A stretch of DNA of 63,511 bases, the filler included, from Reclinomonas americana ATCC 50394 (lineage: Eukaryota): the NCBI GenBank assembly GCA_048213135.1. It is 11 parts of 4 records of this genome, joined end to end, with 100 filler letters (N's around TTAATTAATTAA, not from the genome) between each part and the next. Parts side by side here need not be neighbours in the genome. Positions count along the whole stretch, not along the records: positions 27,819 to 39,616 come from PS015254.1; positions 39,717 to 49,101 come from PS015254.1; positions 49,202 to 52,723 come from PS015255.1; 8 more parts are not named here. The stretch is one strand, 5' to 3'. The translations under genes were made by a program, and so were the position numbers. Shown one piece after another: positions 37,718-49,725 of the stretch. Every line of letters begins with the position of its first letter. Position 1 is the first letter of the stretch. The notes beneath the pieces were generated by a model that did no database searches, was not told where the DNA came from, and saw only the letters and a list, made by a program, of their open reading frames with translations.

Positions 37718-39158
37718 TCACAAGCCGGCCACCGCACGGACGATGTCACTCAGTTCGGAGGCCAGTTGTTGCGCCGTCGGGCGTCGCACTGCTCGGCCGT
37801 CCACGCATCTGCGATGTTGCAGGCGTCAGCATTGTTGGTCACGAGCTCGTGCGCACCAACTTCCAGTATACCTCACACCCAGGCGCACAATGCGCTCGCA
37901 CACTTCACTCGGCCACGAGCGACCGCTCTGCGAGTCGGCCAGTTGCACCGTTGCGGCGCGCATGGCCTGCGCATCGCCGCTCTCCTCCACCTCCTCCAAC
38001 GAGTACACTCGTCGATGCACCTCGGTGATCGGGAGCCCGCTGAACACGTGCAGGAGAACGAGGCCGAGAGAGAACACGTCCGCACTCGGACGCAGCAGCA
38101 CGGCGTGGTCACGTATGGCCTTGGGATCCATGTACTTGCGGTCGACACCAAGTACCGACTGAAAACACAGAATCAATAGAGGATTGAGGAACTCGATACA
38201 CAATTACAGCATGAGTGCGGCCACTCACTCCCTCCGAGCGGAACCAGTGTGCCATTCCCCAGCCAACCAGGACGGCCTTCCCATTGTGATCAAAGAGGAC
38301 ATTGGCCGGATTCACATTTCCATGGATGACTGCGGTGCGGGGATGAGCCGAAAGGAATAAAGACAGCACATCCACACCAATTGCAACCCACACATACCAT
38401 TCTAATTCCACCATGCAACAGAAACATGAAAATGAACAATCACAGGTGAGTACACAGCGTGCACGCAAGGCGCGTAGCACTTTGACTCACGAGTCTGCAT
38501 CATCGGCAAAATGTAAGGGAAAGCGCACAACCCCGATCGTGGAGAAGAATCACGCAACTGGTGCAGCGCAGCCAAAGTCTCGGCACATCGCAACATGCAC
38601 GACATTCTGGCCTCCACGGACATTGCTGGAAGATCGAGCTCCAGGCTGTGTCCGCTGCAGAAGCAATGCGGAGTGAGTTGATACCGCAGCGACAGTCTCC
38701 CTCGCACCAACAATGCTCGGCAGCCCCTCTTCTCTCTCCGCTCCTCGCCAACCTATCGCAACAGCAATTGCTGGGCTGCCTGCACTGCTCATCTCTCACC
38801 CCTCTTTGTCAACGCACCTCCTGGCCTCAAACACAACGCATCGCTTGCCGTCGGCCAACTCCGCGTACCCGATCAACGGTACAACTCCAGCGACAGCCCA
38901 GCTCACCGCCTTCAGCTTCTTCACCTGTCAAGTTCAAACAAGCGCGCGCCATCAGCAAGACACCTCTACCTACCACCACTACTCTTCTCCTCTAACCTCC
39001 TCGGAAAACGATTCAATGGACCACGGCAGCGCGCCGTCAAACACGACCATCGCCACATCTCGCCCGGCCCAGCGCCCTCGAAACACCACATTGGCTCCAT
39101 CCACGCCGCCGAGCCGATTTGCAAAGTTGTTGCTCATCGTTACCACTTGATCCTCAGT
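37718..39158 (-). CDS. IRAK/Pelle/RLK-like kinase-fold protein lacking catalytic residues (pseudokinase)
   Basis: TMSNNFANRLG..VVFRG..VAMV, VVPLIGY, IHGNVNPANVL, VGWGMA, YMDP, ADVFSLGLVLL, C...RRPT. Confidence 0.8.
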
Positions 39159-39178
39159 NNNNNNNNNNNNNNNNNNNN

Positions 39179-39535
39179 ATGACGAAGAGGAGTATCAGTC
39201 GGCCGAAGAAGAGCAAGATGAGTTGGAGGAGCAGCAGCAGAAGACGAGCGAGTGGCAGCAACGAGCGCAACACCATGAGACGGCCGTTGCACAAGCGCAG
39301 CAGCAACTCGAAGCGGTGCAGCGCGAGCTGGAGGAGGAGAAGCGCAAGGTCGACGAATTGCAGAATCGGCTGCAGCACGGGCAGCCTGCTGCACTGCGAG
39401 ACCTCGCAGCCGCTCGTGCTGATCTGGAAGTTGCCTACGATGTTGCGGACGAGCAGCGACAGCGTCAGCGCGACCGTGTGCACCGACTCGAGGCCGATCT
39501 CGCCGCGGCGACGCGCCAGCTTCCACGTGTGGCAG
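39179..39535 (+). CDS. Coiled-coil exon, probably the N-terminal part of the pseudokinase on a flipped contig
   Basis: Glu/Gln-rich heptad ORF next to the kinase 5' gap; ends at a G|GTGTGC donor. Confidence 0.55.
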
Positions 39536-39716
39536 GTGTGCGCGAGCGTGCTGGGAGGGATGAAGTATGTCGGCGAGATGTAACTCACCTGCTTGGCAGA
39601 GTCATTGCTGTGCTTCNNNNNNNNNNNNNNNNNNNNNNNNNNNNNNNNNNNNNNNNNNNNTTAATTAATTAANNNNNNNNNNNNNNNNNNNNNNNNNNNN
39701 NNNNNNNNNNNNNNNN

Positions 39717-40917
39717 GGGGGTGAGGATTTCAAAGTAGCCTGCGGGCGAAGAGAGGAGAAGGTGAGTAAAGGGAAAGGGAAAGGGGGAAGGGAGAGGGAG
39801 AGGGAGAGGGAGAGGGAGAGGGAGAGGGAGAGGGAGAGGGAGAGGGAGAGGGAGAGGGGGAGGAGAGGAGAGGAGGAGAAGAGGGCGGACACGAACAAGT
39901 AGCCGTGGAGCACAAGTGGAAAGACGGAGGTCAACGACCTCGCCATGAGCGAGAAACGGAGGACGACGATGGTGTACAAAAGATGGATACAGTCCGCACC
40001 TGAACCATCGCCGGTCTTGGCCGCACTGATTGCCAGTGCTGCACGCTCCACTGTGCCGATTGTCACAGAACAGAATGACAAGTCGATCTCGCCCTGCACG
40101 GAGACGACGATTCAGTGACACAGAAGAGTCAAGAGCGTATGAGTGTCAGAATGCTTCTGTGTGTCAACAGGGTGTGCATGCATCTTGCTGCGTGTGTAAC
40201 TGCATCTAAGTTACAGTCTGCCGAAAGGAAAGTTGAGGCTGACAGTCTCGTGCGAGGAGTACAGACCAGGAACTTCACGAAACACTGCTCGAGCGTCGGC
40301 GTCTATGCCTGCATCTCTACGTGGTCGCAGTCTGGGTCAAGCCACCCATCTCGCTTATCTCACTTTGCCTATGTGTTACTGACGAAGAGAGGTTGAGACC
40401 TCTGGGTTAAGCAACCCTTCTCGCTCATCTCACTGCGCCTGTGTGCATGATCCTCATGGGCGCCTTGCATCAAGAGACGAAGCACAATACAGATTGAGTG
40501 TCTCCCAGCGTCTGTGCCTGCGCCATTAGAGGTGTACAAGTCAAGCCACCCTGCTTGCTTATTTATCTCGCTGTGCCTGTGTGCGTGACTTCTTCTGAAG
40601 GATGAGACTCGCAGCAACACTGCTCAAGCGTATGTGTCTGCATCTCTCATATCTGATCTCCTACAAGGTGCTGAATCAAGCAACCTGTTGCAACTCGAGA
40701 GACTCTGTTCTCCCTTCCCCCCTTCCCCACCCATGCACACCTGAATAGCATCACTCCGCACACGCTCATGATACGACGAGTGCACCGCCACACGCCCCGG
40801 CTCCAGATAGCTCATGCCCTTCTCCGCCGATGTGAAATACACGAGTTTCCCGTCGCGAATCAGCGCATACCGTCGCTTCCATGTCGTGTATCGACCGCCT
40901 TCTTTCCAGAGAATGCC
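39717..40917 (-). CDS. PH-domain protein fragment
   Basis: GILWKEGGRYTTWKRRYALIRDGKLVYF...|GEIDL...|GYFEILTP. Confidence 0.85.
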
Positions 40918-42299
40918 TGAGGGGAGAGAGACAGAGAGTGAGAGAGTGAGGAGGAGGAGGAGGAGGAGGCAGAGGAGAAGGAGAAGGCAGAGAAGAACGA
41001 AGAGGAAGAGATGAGAAGAAAGAGGAGGAGAATGTGGAGCAAGCGAGGAGAAGGCAGACAAGAAGGCAGAGAAGAGTGAAGAAGAGGAGGAGGAGAGTAG
41101 GAAGAGTGAAGAGGAGGAGGAGGAAGAGGAAGAGAAGAAGAAGGCGGAGAAGAATGCAGAGTGAGGAGGAAGAGTGTGACCAAGGGGGAGAAGGATGCGG
41201 AGAAGAAGGCAGAGAAGAGTGAAGAGGAGGAGGAGGAAGAGGGAGAGAAGATGAAGGAGAGTGAGAAGAATGCAGAGTGTGTTCGGAATAATGAGCGAAA
41301 AAAAGAGTCTGCNNNNNNNNNNNNNNNNNNNNNNNNNNNNNNNNNNNNNNNNNNNNNNNNNNNNNNNNNNNNNNNNNNNNNNNNNNNNNNNNNNNNNNNN
41401 NNNNNNNNNNNNNNNNNNNNNNNNNNNNNNNNNNNNNNNNNNNNNNNNNNNNNNNNNNNNNNNNNNNNNNNNNNNNNNNNNNNNNNNNNNNNNNNNNNNN
41501 NNNNNNNNNNNNNNNNNNNNNNNNNNNNNNNNNNNNNNNNNNNNNNNNNNNNNNNNNNNNNNNNNNNNNNNNNNNNNNNNNNNNNNNNNNNNNNNNNNNN
41601 NNNNNNNNNNNNNNNNNNNNNNNNNNNNNNNNNNNNNNNNNNNNNNNNNNNNNNNNNNNNNNNNNNNNNNNNNNNNNNNNNNNNNNNNNNNNNNNNNNNN
41701 NNNNNNNNNNNNNNNNNNNNNNNNNNNNNNNNNNNNNNNNNNNNNNNNNNNNNNNNNNNNNNNNNNNNNNNNNNNNNNNNNNNNNNNNNNNNNNNNNNNN
41801 NNNNNNNNNNNNNNNNNNNNNNNNNNNNNNNNNNNNNNNNNNNNNNNNNNNNNNNNNNNNNNNNNNNNNNNNNNNNNNNNNNNNNNNNNNNNNNNNNNNN
41901 NNNNNNNNNNNNNNNNNNNNNNNNNNNNNNNNNNNNNNNNNNNNNNNNNNNNNNNNNNNNNNNNNNNNNNNNNNNNNNNNNNNNNNNNNNNNNNNNNNNN
42001 NNNNNNNNNNNNNNNNNNNNNNNNNNNNNNNNNNNNNNNNNNNNNNNNNNNNNNNNNNNNNNNNNNNNNNNNNNNNNNNNNNNNNNNNNNNNNNNNNNNN
42101 NNNNNNNNNNNNNNNNNNNNNNNNNNNNNNNNNNNNNNNNNNNNNNNNNNNNNNNNNNNNNNNNNNNNNNNNNNNNNNNNNNNNNNNNNNNNNNNCGTTG
42201 CCTGAGTGGCCTCATGTGTGTGCACTGATGCACTGTGTCCCTGTCACGTATTACTCCTTATCCGGTCTCGCCCCAACATTGCTGTTGCCCTCGTTCCTG

Positions 42300-43489
42300 T
42301 TGTATCTCCCTCTCATTCTCCCAGCCCTGCACTCCTGATTGCTGCACTCTTCTATCCCTATCTCATCCTTGCACTCTTCTTTGTCTCACTGCTGCTTTCT
42401 CTTCTCCTTTCATGGCTTTACTCCTTGACTCACTCTCATCTTCCTCTGCTTTCGTTCTCATCCTTCCAGCCCTGTACTCCTGATTACTGCTCTCTTCTCT
42501 CTCTCATCCTTGCGCTCTTCTTTGTCTCACTGCTGCTTTCTCTCCTTCTCCTCTTTCATGGCTTTACTCCTTGACTCACTCTCATCCCCCTTCCTCTGCT
42601 TTCGTTCTCATCCTTCCAGCCCTGTACTCCTGATTACTGCTCTCTTCTCTCTCTAATCCTTGCACTCTCCGTCTTCCAGCACTCTTCTTTGTCTCTCTTC
42701 TTTCATTGCATTAATCCTCCCCTTCTCGTAGTTGACTCTGCTTTCTGTTGCATCTCACTCTCATCCTCCCATCCGTTCATTGACCCTTTTCCTGTTGCAA
42801 TTCCCTCTCTACTATCTCTCCCTCGCTCTTTCATTGCAGTCTCCGTCTTTCTTGCCCACTCTCTTCGTCTCTTTGCTGCTTTCTCTCCTTCTCCTCCCTT
42901 CGCTTCCTGCGTTCGTTCGTTTGTTGTGACTCCACAACGTCCCCTCTATCAACCCTCCCAATTCTTCATATCGATGGCTACCCAGCACCCTTCTTTCCAT
43001 CAACATCCTCTCACTCTTTCCCAGCACGCTCTATTCCCCACTGCTGCTTGCTGCTCTCTTATCTCTCTCATCCTTGCACTCTTCTTTGTCTCACTGCTGC
43101 TTTCTCTTCTCCTTTCACGGCTTTACTCCTTGACTCACTCTCATCTTCCTCTGCTTTCGTTCTCATCCTTCCAGCCCTGATTGCTGCTCTCTTCTGTCTC
43201 TCATCCTTGCGCTCTTCTTTGTCTCACTGCTGATTTCTCTCCTTCTCCTCTTTCATGGCTTTACTCCTTGACTAACTCTCATCCTCCCTTCCTCGCATCT
43301 CGTTTTCATCCTTCCAGCCCTGTACTCCTGATTGCTGCACTCTTCTATCCCTATCTCATCCTTGCACTCTTCTTTGTCTCACTGCTGCTTTCTCTTCTCC
43401 TTTCATGGCTTTACTCCTTGACTCACTCTCATCCTCCCTTCCTCTGCTTTCGTTCTCATCCTTCCAGCCCTGTACTCCTGATTACTGCT

Positions 43490-43528
<39 letters not shown>

Positions 43529-43596
43529 CTTCCAGCTTCTTTGTCTCTCTTCTTTCATTGCATTAATCCTCCCCTTCTCGTAGTTGACTCTGCTTT
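42300..43596. repeat. Pyrimidine-rich minisatellite (~120-135-bp unit, several copies) upstream of the LRR exons
   Basis: Recurring ctcatccttgcactcttctttgtctcactgctgctttct...ggctttactccttgactcactctcatc...ccagccctgtactcctgatt. Confidence 0.9.
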
Positions 43597-43753
43597 NNNN
43601 NNNNNNNNNNNNNNNNCTGTTGCATCTCCCTCTCATCCTCCCAGCCCAGCAATGCTACTTGCTGCTCGCTATTTCGCTTGCCTCATTTTTGTGCCTCTTC
43701 CCTTCTTCTATCCATCTTTCTCCCCTCTTTGCCCACTCACCTCCCGCCCACAG

Positions 43754-44777
43754 AAACTCAACATTAGCGACTGCAAGGGCGTGGAGCCGTACACGAGTAT
43801 GCGCCACGTCGATTTGTCGGATAACCAGTTGAAGGTCTGCAGCACTCTCTGTCGCCGCACACACGTCCTCGTGCTCACCCCTCTCCGCAGAACGTGGAAC
43901 CACTGGCCGCCATCACCGGCGCCCTCCTCACGCTCACCCTGGCCAACAATCGCACCCTGTCGACCATTGCACCCATTGCCTCACTCCGTTGCGCCTCCCC
44001 CACCCCTTTCTCCAATCTCATTCTCGTCTTCGGCTCACTGTTTCTCGCAGCACTTCTCGTCGTGCTGGATCTCACCTCGGCATTCGGCAAGGTGGTGGAC
44101 AAGTTCGAGATGGAGTTTGATGCGCCGTCGATGCGCACGCTGGTGCTCTCGCGCAATCGATTCAAGACGCTGGCGATTTCGGGAGTGGCTGCTCTGGAGA
44201 CACTCGTGTGTGATCACAATCACCTCACATCGCTGGGCGGTGTGGCCGGTGCCGGCTCACTACGGGAAATCATTGCGGAGAAGAACCGCTTGAAGACGTT
44301 GGCTGGCATTGAGGCGTACGGCTCACTGGCGCGTCTCGATGTGAGCCTCAATCGCCTCTCGTCGCTCCAGTCGCTGGCCGACGCCGCCGAGGCACTCGGC
44401 AACCTGCGGGAACTGGTGCTGGCCGGTAATCGATTGGCCGACGTCGCACAGCTGGCACACCTGGGTGGTCTGGCGGCACTGCGGGATTTGCACTTGCGGG
44501 GTCTATTCTGTTTACGATCAGAATTCCTCTCCATGCATGCTCTCACCTTTTCCCCTTTGCAGAAAACCCCGGCGAGTTTGAGATTCCGGTCGTGTTGGAG
44601 CGACTGAAGGACTACTTTGTGGCCGAGCCGCGGCTCGTCACCATCGATGCGGAGCCGGTGACACGGCAGCACCGCGAGGAGGCATTTGATATCTACCGGC
44701 AACGGGAAGAGGAGCGCATTGCGAACGAGAAGGCCGCTGCGGAAGCCGCGGCTGCTGCCGAGGCGGCAGAGGAGTAA
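43754..44777 (+). CDS. SDS22-class leucine-rich repeat protein, LRRC23-like; 5' end missing
   Basis: LxxLxLxxNxL repeats, LRR cap (ENP...LVTIDAEPVT) and an acidic tail. Confidence 0.75.
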
Positions 44778-45076
44778 GTGACGGCGGCGGTGCAACACTT
44801 TTTTTGGTCGTCGTCGTCGTCGTCATTGTATGTGTTATTGAACTCCTCTCCTTGATGTGTTGTGTATACATGCTAACCCGCCAATTCCGTTTGTTTCNNN
44901 NNNNNNNNNNNNNNNNNNNNNNNNNNNNNNNNNNNNNNNNNNNNNNNNNNNNNNTTGTTTTTTTCACTTCTATTAACCCCCCACATCGCCCCTTCCCTTC
45001 GAAAGAAAAAAGTGGGGAAACGAGGGGAAGCGAGGACGCCCAGGCGCCTGCCAACTCGCACCTCCTCCGCATCTGC

Positions 45077-48000
45077 TTACTCCTCTTGTCGTTGCCGAGG
45101 TGCTTGCTGAATAATGTCATCCACACGCAAAATCATTTCGGCCGCCTCCTCGGCAGCGATGAGCACGTGGCTCTTGACCTTGTACGACTCGGTGATGCCC
45201 AGCTCACGCACGTCGCCGACCACGCCGGTCCTCATGTCTGCATCAGAAAAGAGAATGAGCATCACAGACGGCCTTGCTTTCTTTCTTGCTCGCTCACACC
45301 AACACCAACGTACCGAGACCCGCCGTCTTCTTGCCCTGGTAGTGCTGCGCCGTCAAGGTGGTCACCAGGTCGGCGGCATCGTAACCCGCATTCTCGGCAA
45401 TGATGGTGGGGATCTGTCGCAGGGCACTGGCAAAGGCGTTCATCGCCAGCTGCTTCTTGCCCGTGGTCTTCTTGGCGGCCTCCTCCACGGCGCGCGCCAT
45501 GAGCGACTCCTGCATCGGGAAAAAGAGAAGAGAGTGAGTGGATTGCGAAAAAGGGGTAGTGAGAAAAGAGCACAAACGCACCGAGCAGCCGCCACCGAGC
45601 ACCGTCTTGGTCTCCTGTGTCGTCTGCGAGACAACGCAGAGGGCGTCGTGCAACGAGCGCTCGGCCTCGTCCAGAATCTGCTTGTTGGCGCCGCGGAGCA
45701 CCACTGTGCACGCCGCACCCGAGGCCACACCGCTGAAGCGGATCAACTGCAACGAATCACGAGTCAGGCACAGGGNNNNNNNNNNNNNNNNNNNNNNNNN
45801 NNNNNNNNNNNNNNNNNNNNNNNNNNNNNNNNNNNNNNNNNNNNNNNNNNNNNNNNNNNNNNNNNNNNNNNNNNNNNNNNNGAAAGATGGAGAGGAGGAG
45901 ATGAACAAGGTGGAAGGGAAGACCATCACAATGGAGTCGTCTTTCTAGAGCATTATAGTGTGCGAATAAAACAGCCACACACTTGATAGAATGGAAGAGA
46001 GAAGGAACACAAACAAGAAAGAAAGCGTACACACTCAAACTAAGACGGCATTGTCTGTTCCAATCACCACAGTGGACAGAAAACAAAGCCACAAAGCCGC
46101 GAACAACGAATGCACAGGCAGAGACAACGCGCAGCTGCTCAAGGAGAATCTGCGCGAACGGAGTTCTGCGTGCCTGATACAATCACTACGACAGAAAAAC
46201 GAAAAGAAAAAGCACACGAATAACGTATGCACTCAAGAAACAACTGTGCGTGTGTGTGAAAGAGAACACACCACATAGACACTCATCGACAACAAGCAGA
46301 GGATAACGAGCCATGCCAAACACGCCATAGACACAAAGAGGGCCATCTCAGTGCGCGTGTATCTGTTGCGAGACATATCACAGAAACTCGACAAACAAGG
46401 AGAGAGCACAACATGGACAACGAGAAAGCTAACAAGCAACAGACCAGAAAGGGCTGTGTGAATGTCTCTCTCTCTCTCTCTCTCTCGCTGTTTTCCTTCC
46501 ACCCTCTCTCTCTCTTTTCCTCCCACCCTCTCTCCCTCTCTCTCTTTTCCTCCCACCCTNNNNNNNNNNNNNNNNNNNNCTCTCCCTTCCTTCCTTTCCC
46601 GTTACGCACCCAAGAACGAATCACGCAGGTTGCCACCGGTCTTCTTGATAATGTGAATCGAGTCGAGGTTCGTGGAGCCCTTGAGGCGGAGCACGGCGTT
46701 GACCGCCAGCTGCGCAAAGTACTCCTTGTCGTGGTGCAGCACCTTGGAGGAGAGCGTGGTGCGCGCAATGTTCAGCAGATCCTCGCGGAACAGCTCCGGA
46801 TCGCCACCGTGATCCTCGGCCGACTCGTCGAGCGCCTCCAGCGCCACATCCGCCGCCATGCGGTAGCCCTGCACAATGGTCTGCGGGTGCACCCTCAACA
46901 GCAGCAGCTTCTCGGCCTCGCGCAGCAGCTCGCCCGTCAGCACGCACACCGACGTCGTGCCGTCGCCCACCTCCTGATCCTGAGTCTTGCTAATGTCTGN
47001 NNNNNNNNNNNNNNNNNNNNNNNNNNNNNNNNNNNNNNNNCGCGAGATCCATGGTTAGTGGTGAAGGGCGGGGAGAGAGGGAGAGGGAAGAGGGAAGAGG
47101 GAGAGGGAAGAGGGAAGAGGGAGAGGGAGAGGGAAGGAGAACCGCAGGATCAAGGGTCAAGGGACACGGTGCGTGTCTCCTCTTGCTGTATCCTCACTCT
47201 CTCTGTGTGTGCGAGGTGCGTGAGAGAGAAGAAGAGGAAGAAAAAAGAAGAACCAGAGGATCAAGGGTCAGGAGTGAAGGTCGGTGTCTCCTCTTGCTTT
47301 CTCCCTCTCCACGCCCTCTGCCTTCCTCTCTCACTCTCTCAGTGCGCGAGATGATGAAGAAGAGAGGAAGCGAGGAAGAAGAACAAAGGATCAAGGGTCA
47401 AGCACATGCTTTCTTTCTCTCTCTCTCTAAGTGCGTGAGAGAGAGAGAAGAGATCCAGATAGAGAGAGAAAGCAAGAGCATGCCCTTGATCCTCTTCCTC
47501 GCTTCCTCTCTTTCTTCTCCCTCCTCTCCTCTCCAGCTCTCCGCCTTCTCTTCTCTCCCTCTCTCTCAGTGCGTGATAGAGAGTAGAGGAAGAAGACCAA
47601 CAAGGATCAAGGGTCTCCTCTCCTTCTCTCTCCTCCATTTCCCCCTTCTCCCCCTCTTTGCCGCCCGGGGTGTGACTCACCGACGAGGACCTTGGCGGCG
47701 GCATTGTCGAGCGGGAGCGACTTGAGAATGGTGGCTCCATCATTGGTGACCATGACCGAGCCACTGCCCATCGACTGAATGATCTTGTCCATGCCCTTCG
47801 GGCCCAACGTCGTCTTCACAACGTCGGCCACAGCCATGGCGCCCACAATGTTGCTCTGAAAACAAGCAAAAGAGAGAGAGAAGAGAGTGAGTGCACATGG
47901 CCACCAAAGCACACAAGACAACTGCTCACACACACGACACACGCAGTGAGCACTGATGCAGCGCACAGTGACGAGTTGCAACGCGCGTGTGCGTGCGTGC

Positions 48001-48357
48001 GCTTGCGTGAGTGCATCAGTGCGTGCGCGTGTGTGGACAAGTCGAGCATGTGTGCCTCCACAAAAAGTATTCACACACAAAGACACTCACCAGCTTGGCG
48101 CGCTCGCCCTTGTCTGCTCAGCATGCAGAGAGTCGCCATTCATGCACACGTACACACAGAGACACACAAGAGAAAAAACGCGCGCGCGCGCGTGTGTGAG
48201 TTTGCTTGATGAGAGATGGCAACAAACACCCTTCACACACACACAACGCTCAATATCTTCAGAGCGACTCTTTCTGTCTCTCTCACACACACACACACGC
48301 GTAGGCAGACAACTCACCCTCGACGGCACCGGCCGCATACACGCTTGATCCGTCCAT
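45077..48357 (-). CDS. CCT2: T-complex protein 1 subunit beta (CCT2)
   Basis: [71 protein letters not shown]. Confidence 0.97.
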
Positions 48358-48464
48358 GGCGTTGTGTGTGTGTAAGTGTGTGAGTGTGGGTTACGTCGCG
48401 AATGTTCGCGGGTGGTAGAGTCACGGTGACCCGCATCGCTCAAGTTCGTTTGTGTGGCTCAGTC
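48358..48464. promoter_or_regulatory. Putative bidirectional promoter/5'UTR interval between CCT2 and COPB2
   Basis: Divergent ATGs at 48357(-) and 48465(+). Confidence 0.6.
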
Positions 48465-48781
48465 ATGGTGCGTTTGCCTTATTGCTCACTTCTGTGCTGC
48501 TGCTGCTGGCCTCACTGGTGCATCTGTGCGTGTGTGCGTGTGCAGCCGCTCAACTTGGATATCAAGGTTTGTTGAAAGACACACTTGTCTCTCTCTCTGT
48601 GTGCGTGTGTGTGCGTTGATCAATGGTGTGTGGCGAGTGGCGCATGTGACTCTGTGTGTGTGTGTGCTGGAAGAGAGGGCGAGGGTGCGGTGTGTGGTGT
48701 GGTGTGAAAGTGGAAATGTCGAGCGCGCGCACTTCACTGGTGACACGCGTTCGCGCGCAAACAATGAACGTCGACGCTCAC

Positions 48782-48839
<58 letters not shown>

Positions 48840-48912
48840 CAGAAGAAGTTCATCAAGCGCAGCGAGCGAGTCAAGTGCATCGATCTGCACCCGAGCGAGC
48901 CATGGCTGATTG
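48465..48912 (+). CDS. COPB2: Coatomer beta' subunit, first three coding exons
   Basis: M|PLNLDIK|KKFIKRSERVKCIDLHPSEPWLI matches the beta'-COP N-terminus. Confidence 0.9.
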
Positions 48913-49010
48913 GTGAGTGTGACTTGCAAAGTCCTCACTCTCTCCTCCCTCACTCCTTTCTCTCTCTCCTCCCTCCCACACGCAAACTACTCCCTCACCA
49001 TTCAGTCTTG

Positions 49011-49049
<39 letters not shown>

Positions 49050-49238
49050 CTCGCTCCTCCTCTCTCTCTCTCTCCCTCCCTCCTCCTCCTCTCTCTCCTC
49101 CNNNNNNNNNNNNNNNNNNNNNNNNNNNNNNNNNNNNNNNNNNNNTTAATTAATTAANNNNNNNNNNNNNNNNNNNNNNNNNNNNNNNNNNNNNNNNNNN
49201 NTGTGTGTGTGTGTGTGTGCGCTTATTCGCATCATCAG

Positions 49239-49725
49239 TGCCGTCTCACATCAAACGCTGGCCACGGGAGGCCATCAATCACTATGGCTTCCAAGTCTTA
49301 CAGGCAGCGCGCAGTGTGATGCAGCTTCTCGGTTCGTATGTGATTGCTGCCACTCCTTTCTCCCATTATCATATACTCAGACCTTTTTTGGGGCACGTGT
49401 AGACTCGGCTGCAGCCTGCAGTGATACTGTCACTGAAGAGCACCACGAGTTGCTGTACAAGTGCACCAGCTTTGTCAAGTATATGCTGGGCGCGACCCTG
49501 AACACAACCGCAGCCAGCTGGTTCGGCCAGCCATGCTCAGACGCCGAGTTTGAGGACTCGATTTCTGTCGTCGACGGGCTGATGGGACGGTTCAGTCGCA
49601 ATTATATGCCTGTGATCCTGGACCTACGGGCATCACTTGAAGATGCTCGGCAACTCCAAGTCAAGCTGATGCGAAATGACCCGTCGCAGGAGATTTCCTG
49701 CCGCGCCCGCGCAGTCGCCCAGTGA
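49239..49725 (+). CDS. 3' exons of an unidentified helical protein
   Basis: Two exons joined by a G|GTTCGT..TAG intron. Stop at 49723-49725. Confidence 0.55.

Noticed and set aside
40920-41310. Glu/Lys-rich and poly-Phe/Leu/Ser ORFs here and at 5544-6036 and 25200-25440
   Set aside because: They are translations of GA/CT-rich intron tracts between clear splice sites.
42300-43596. CRISPR-like array
   Set aside because: Units are contiguous and degenerate with no unique spacers, in a eukaryotic context with no cas genes.
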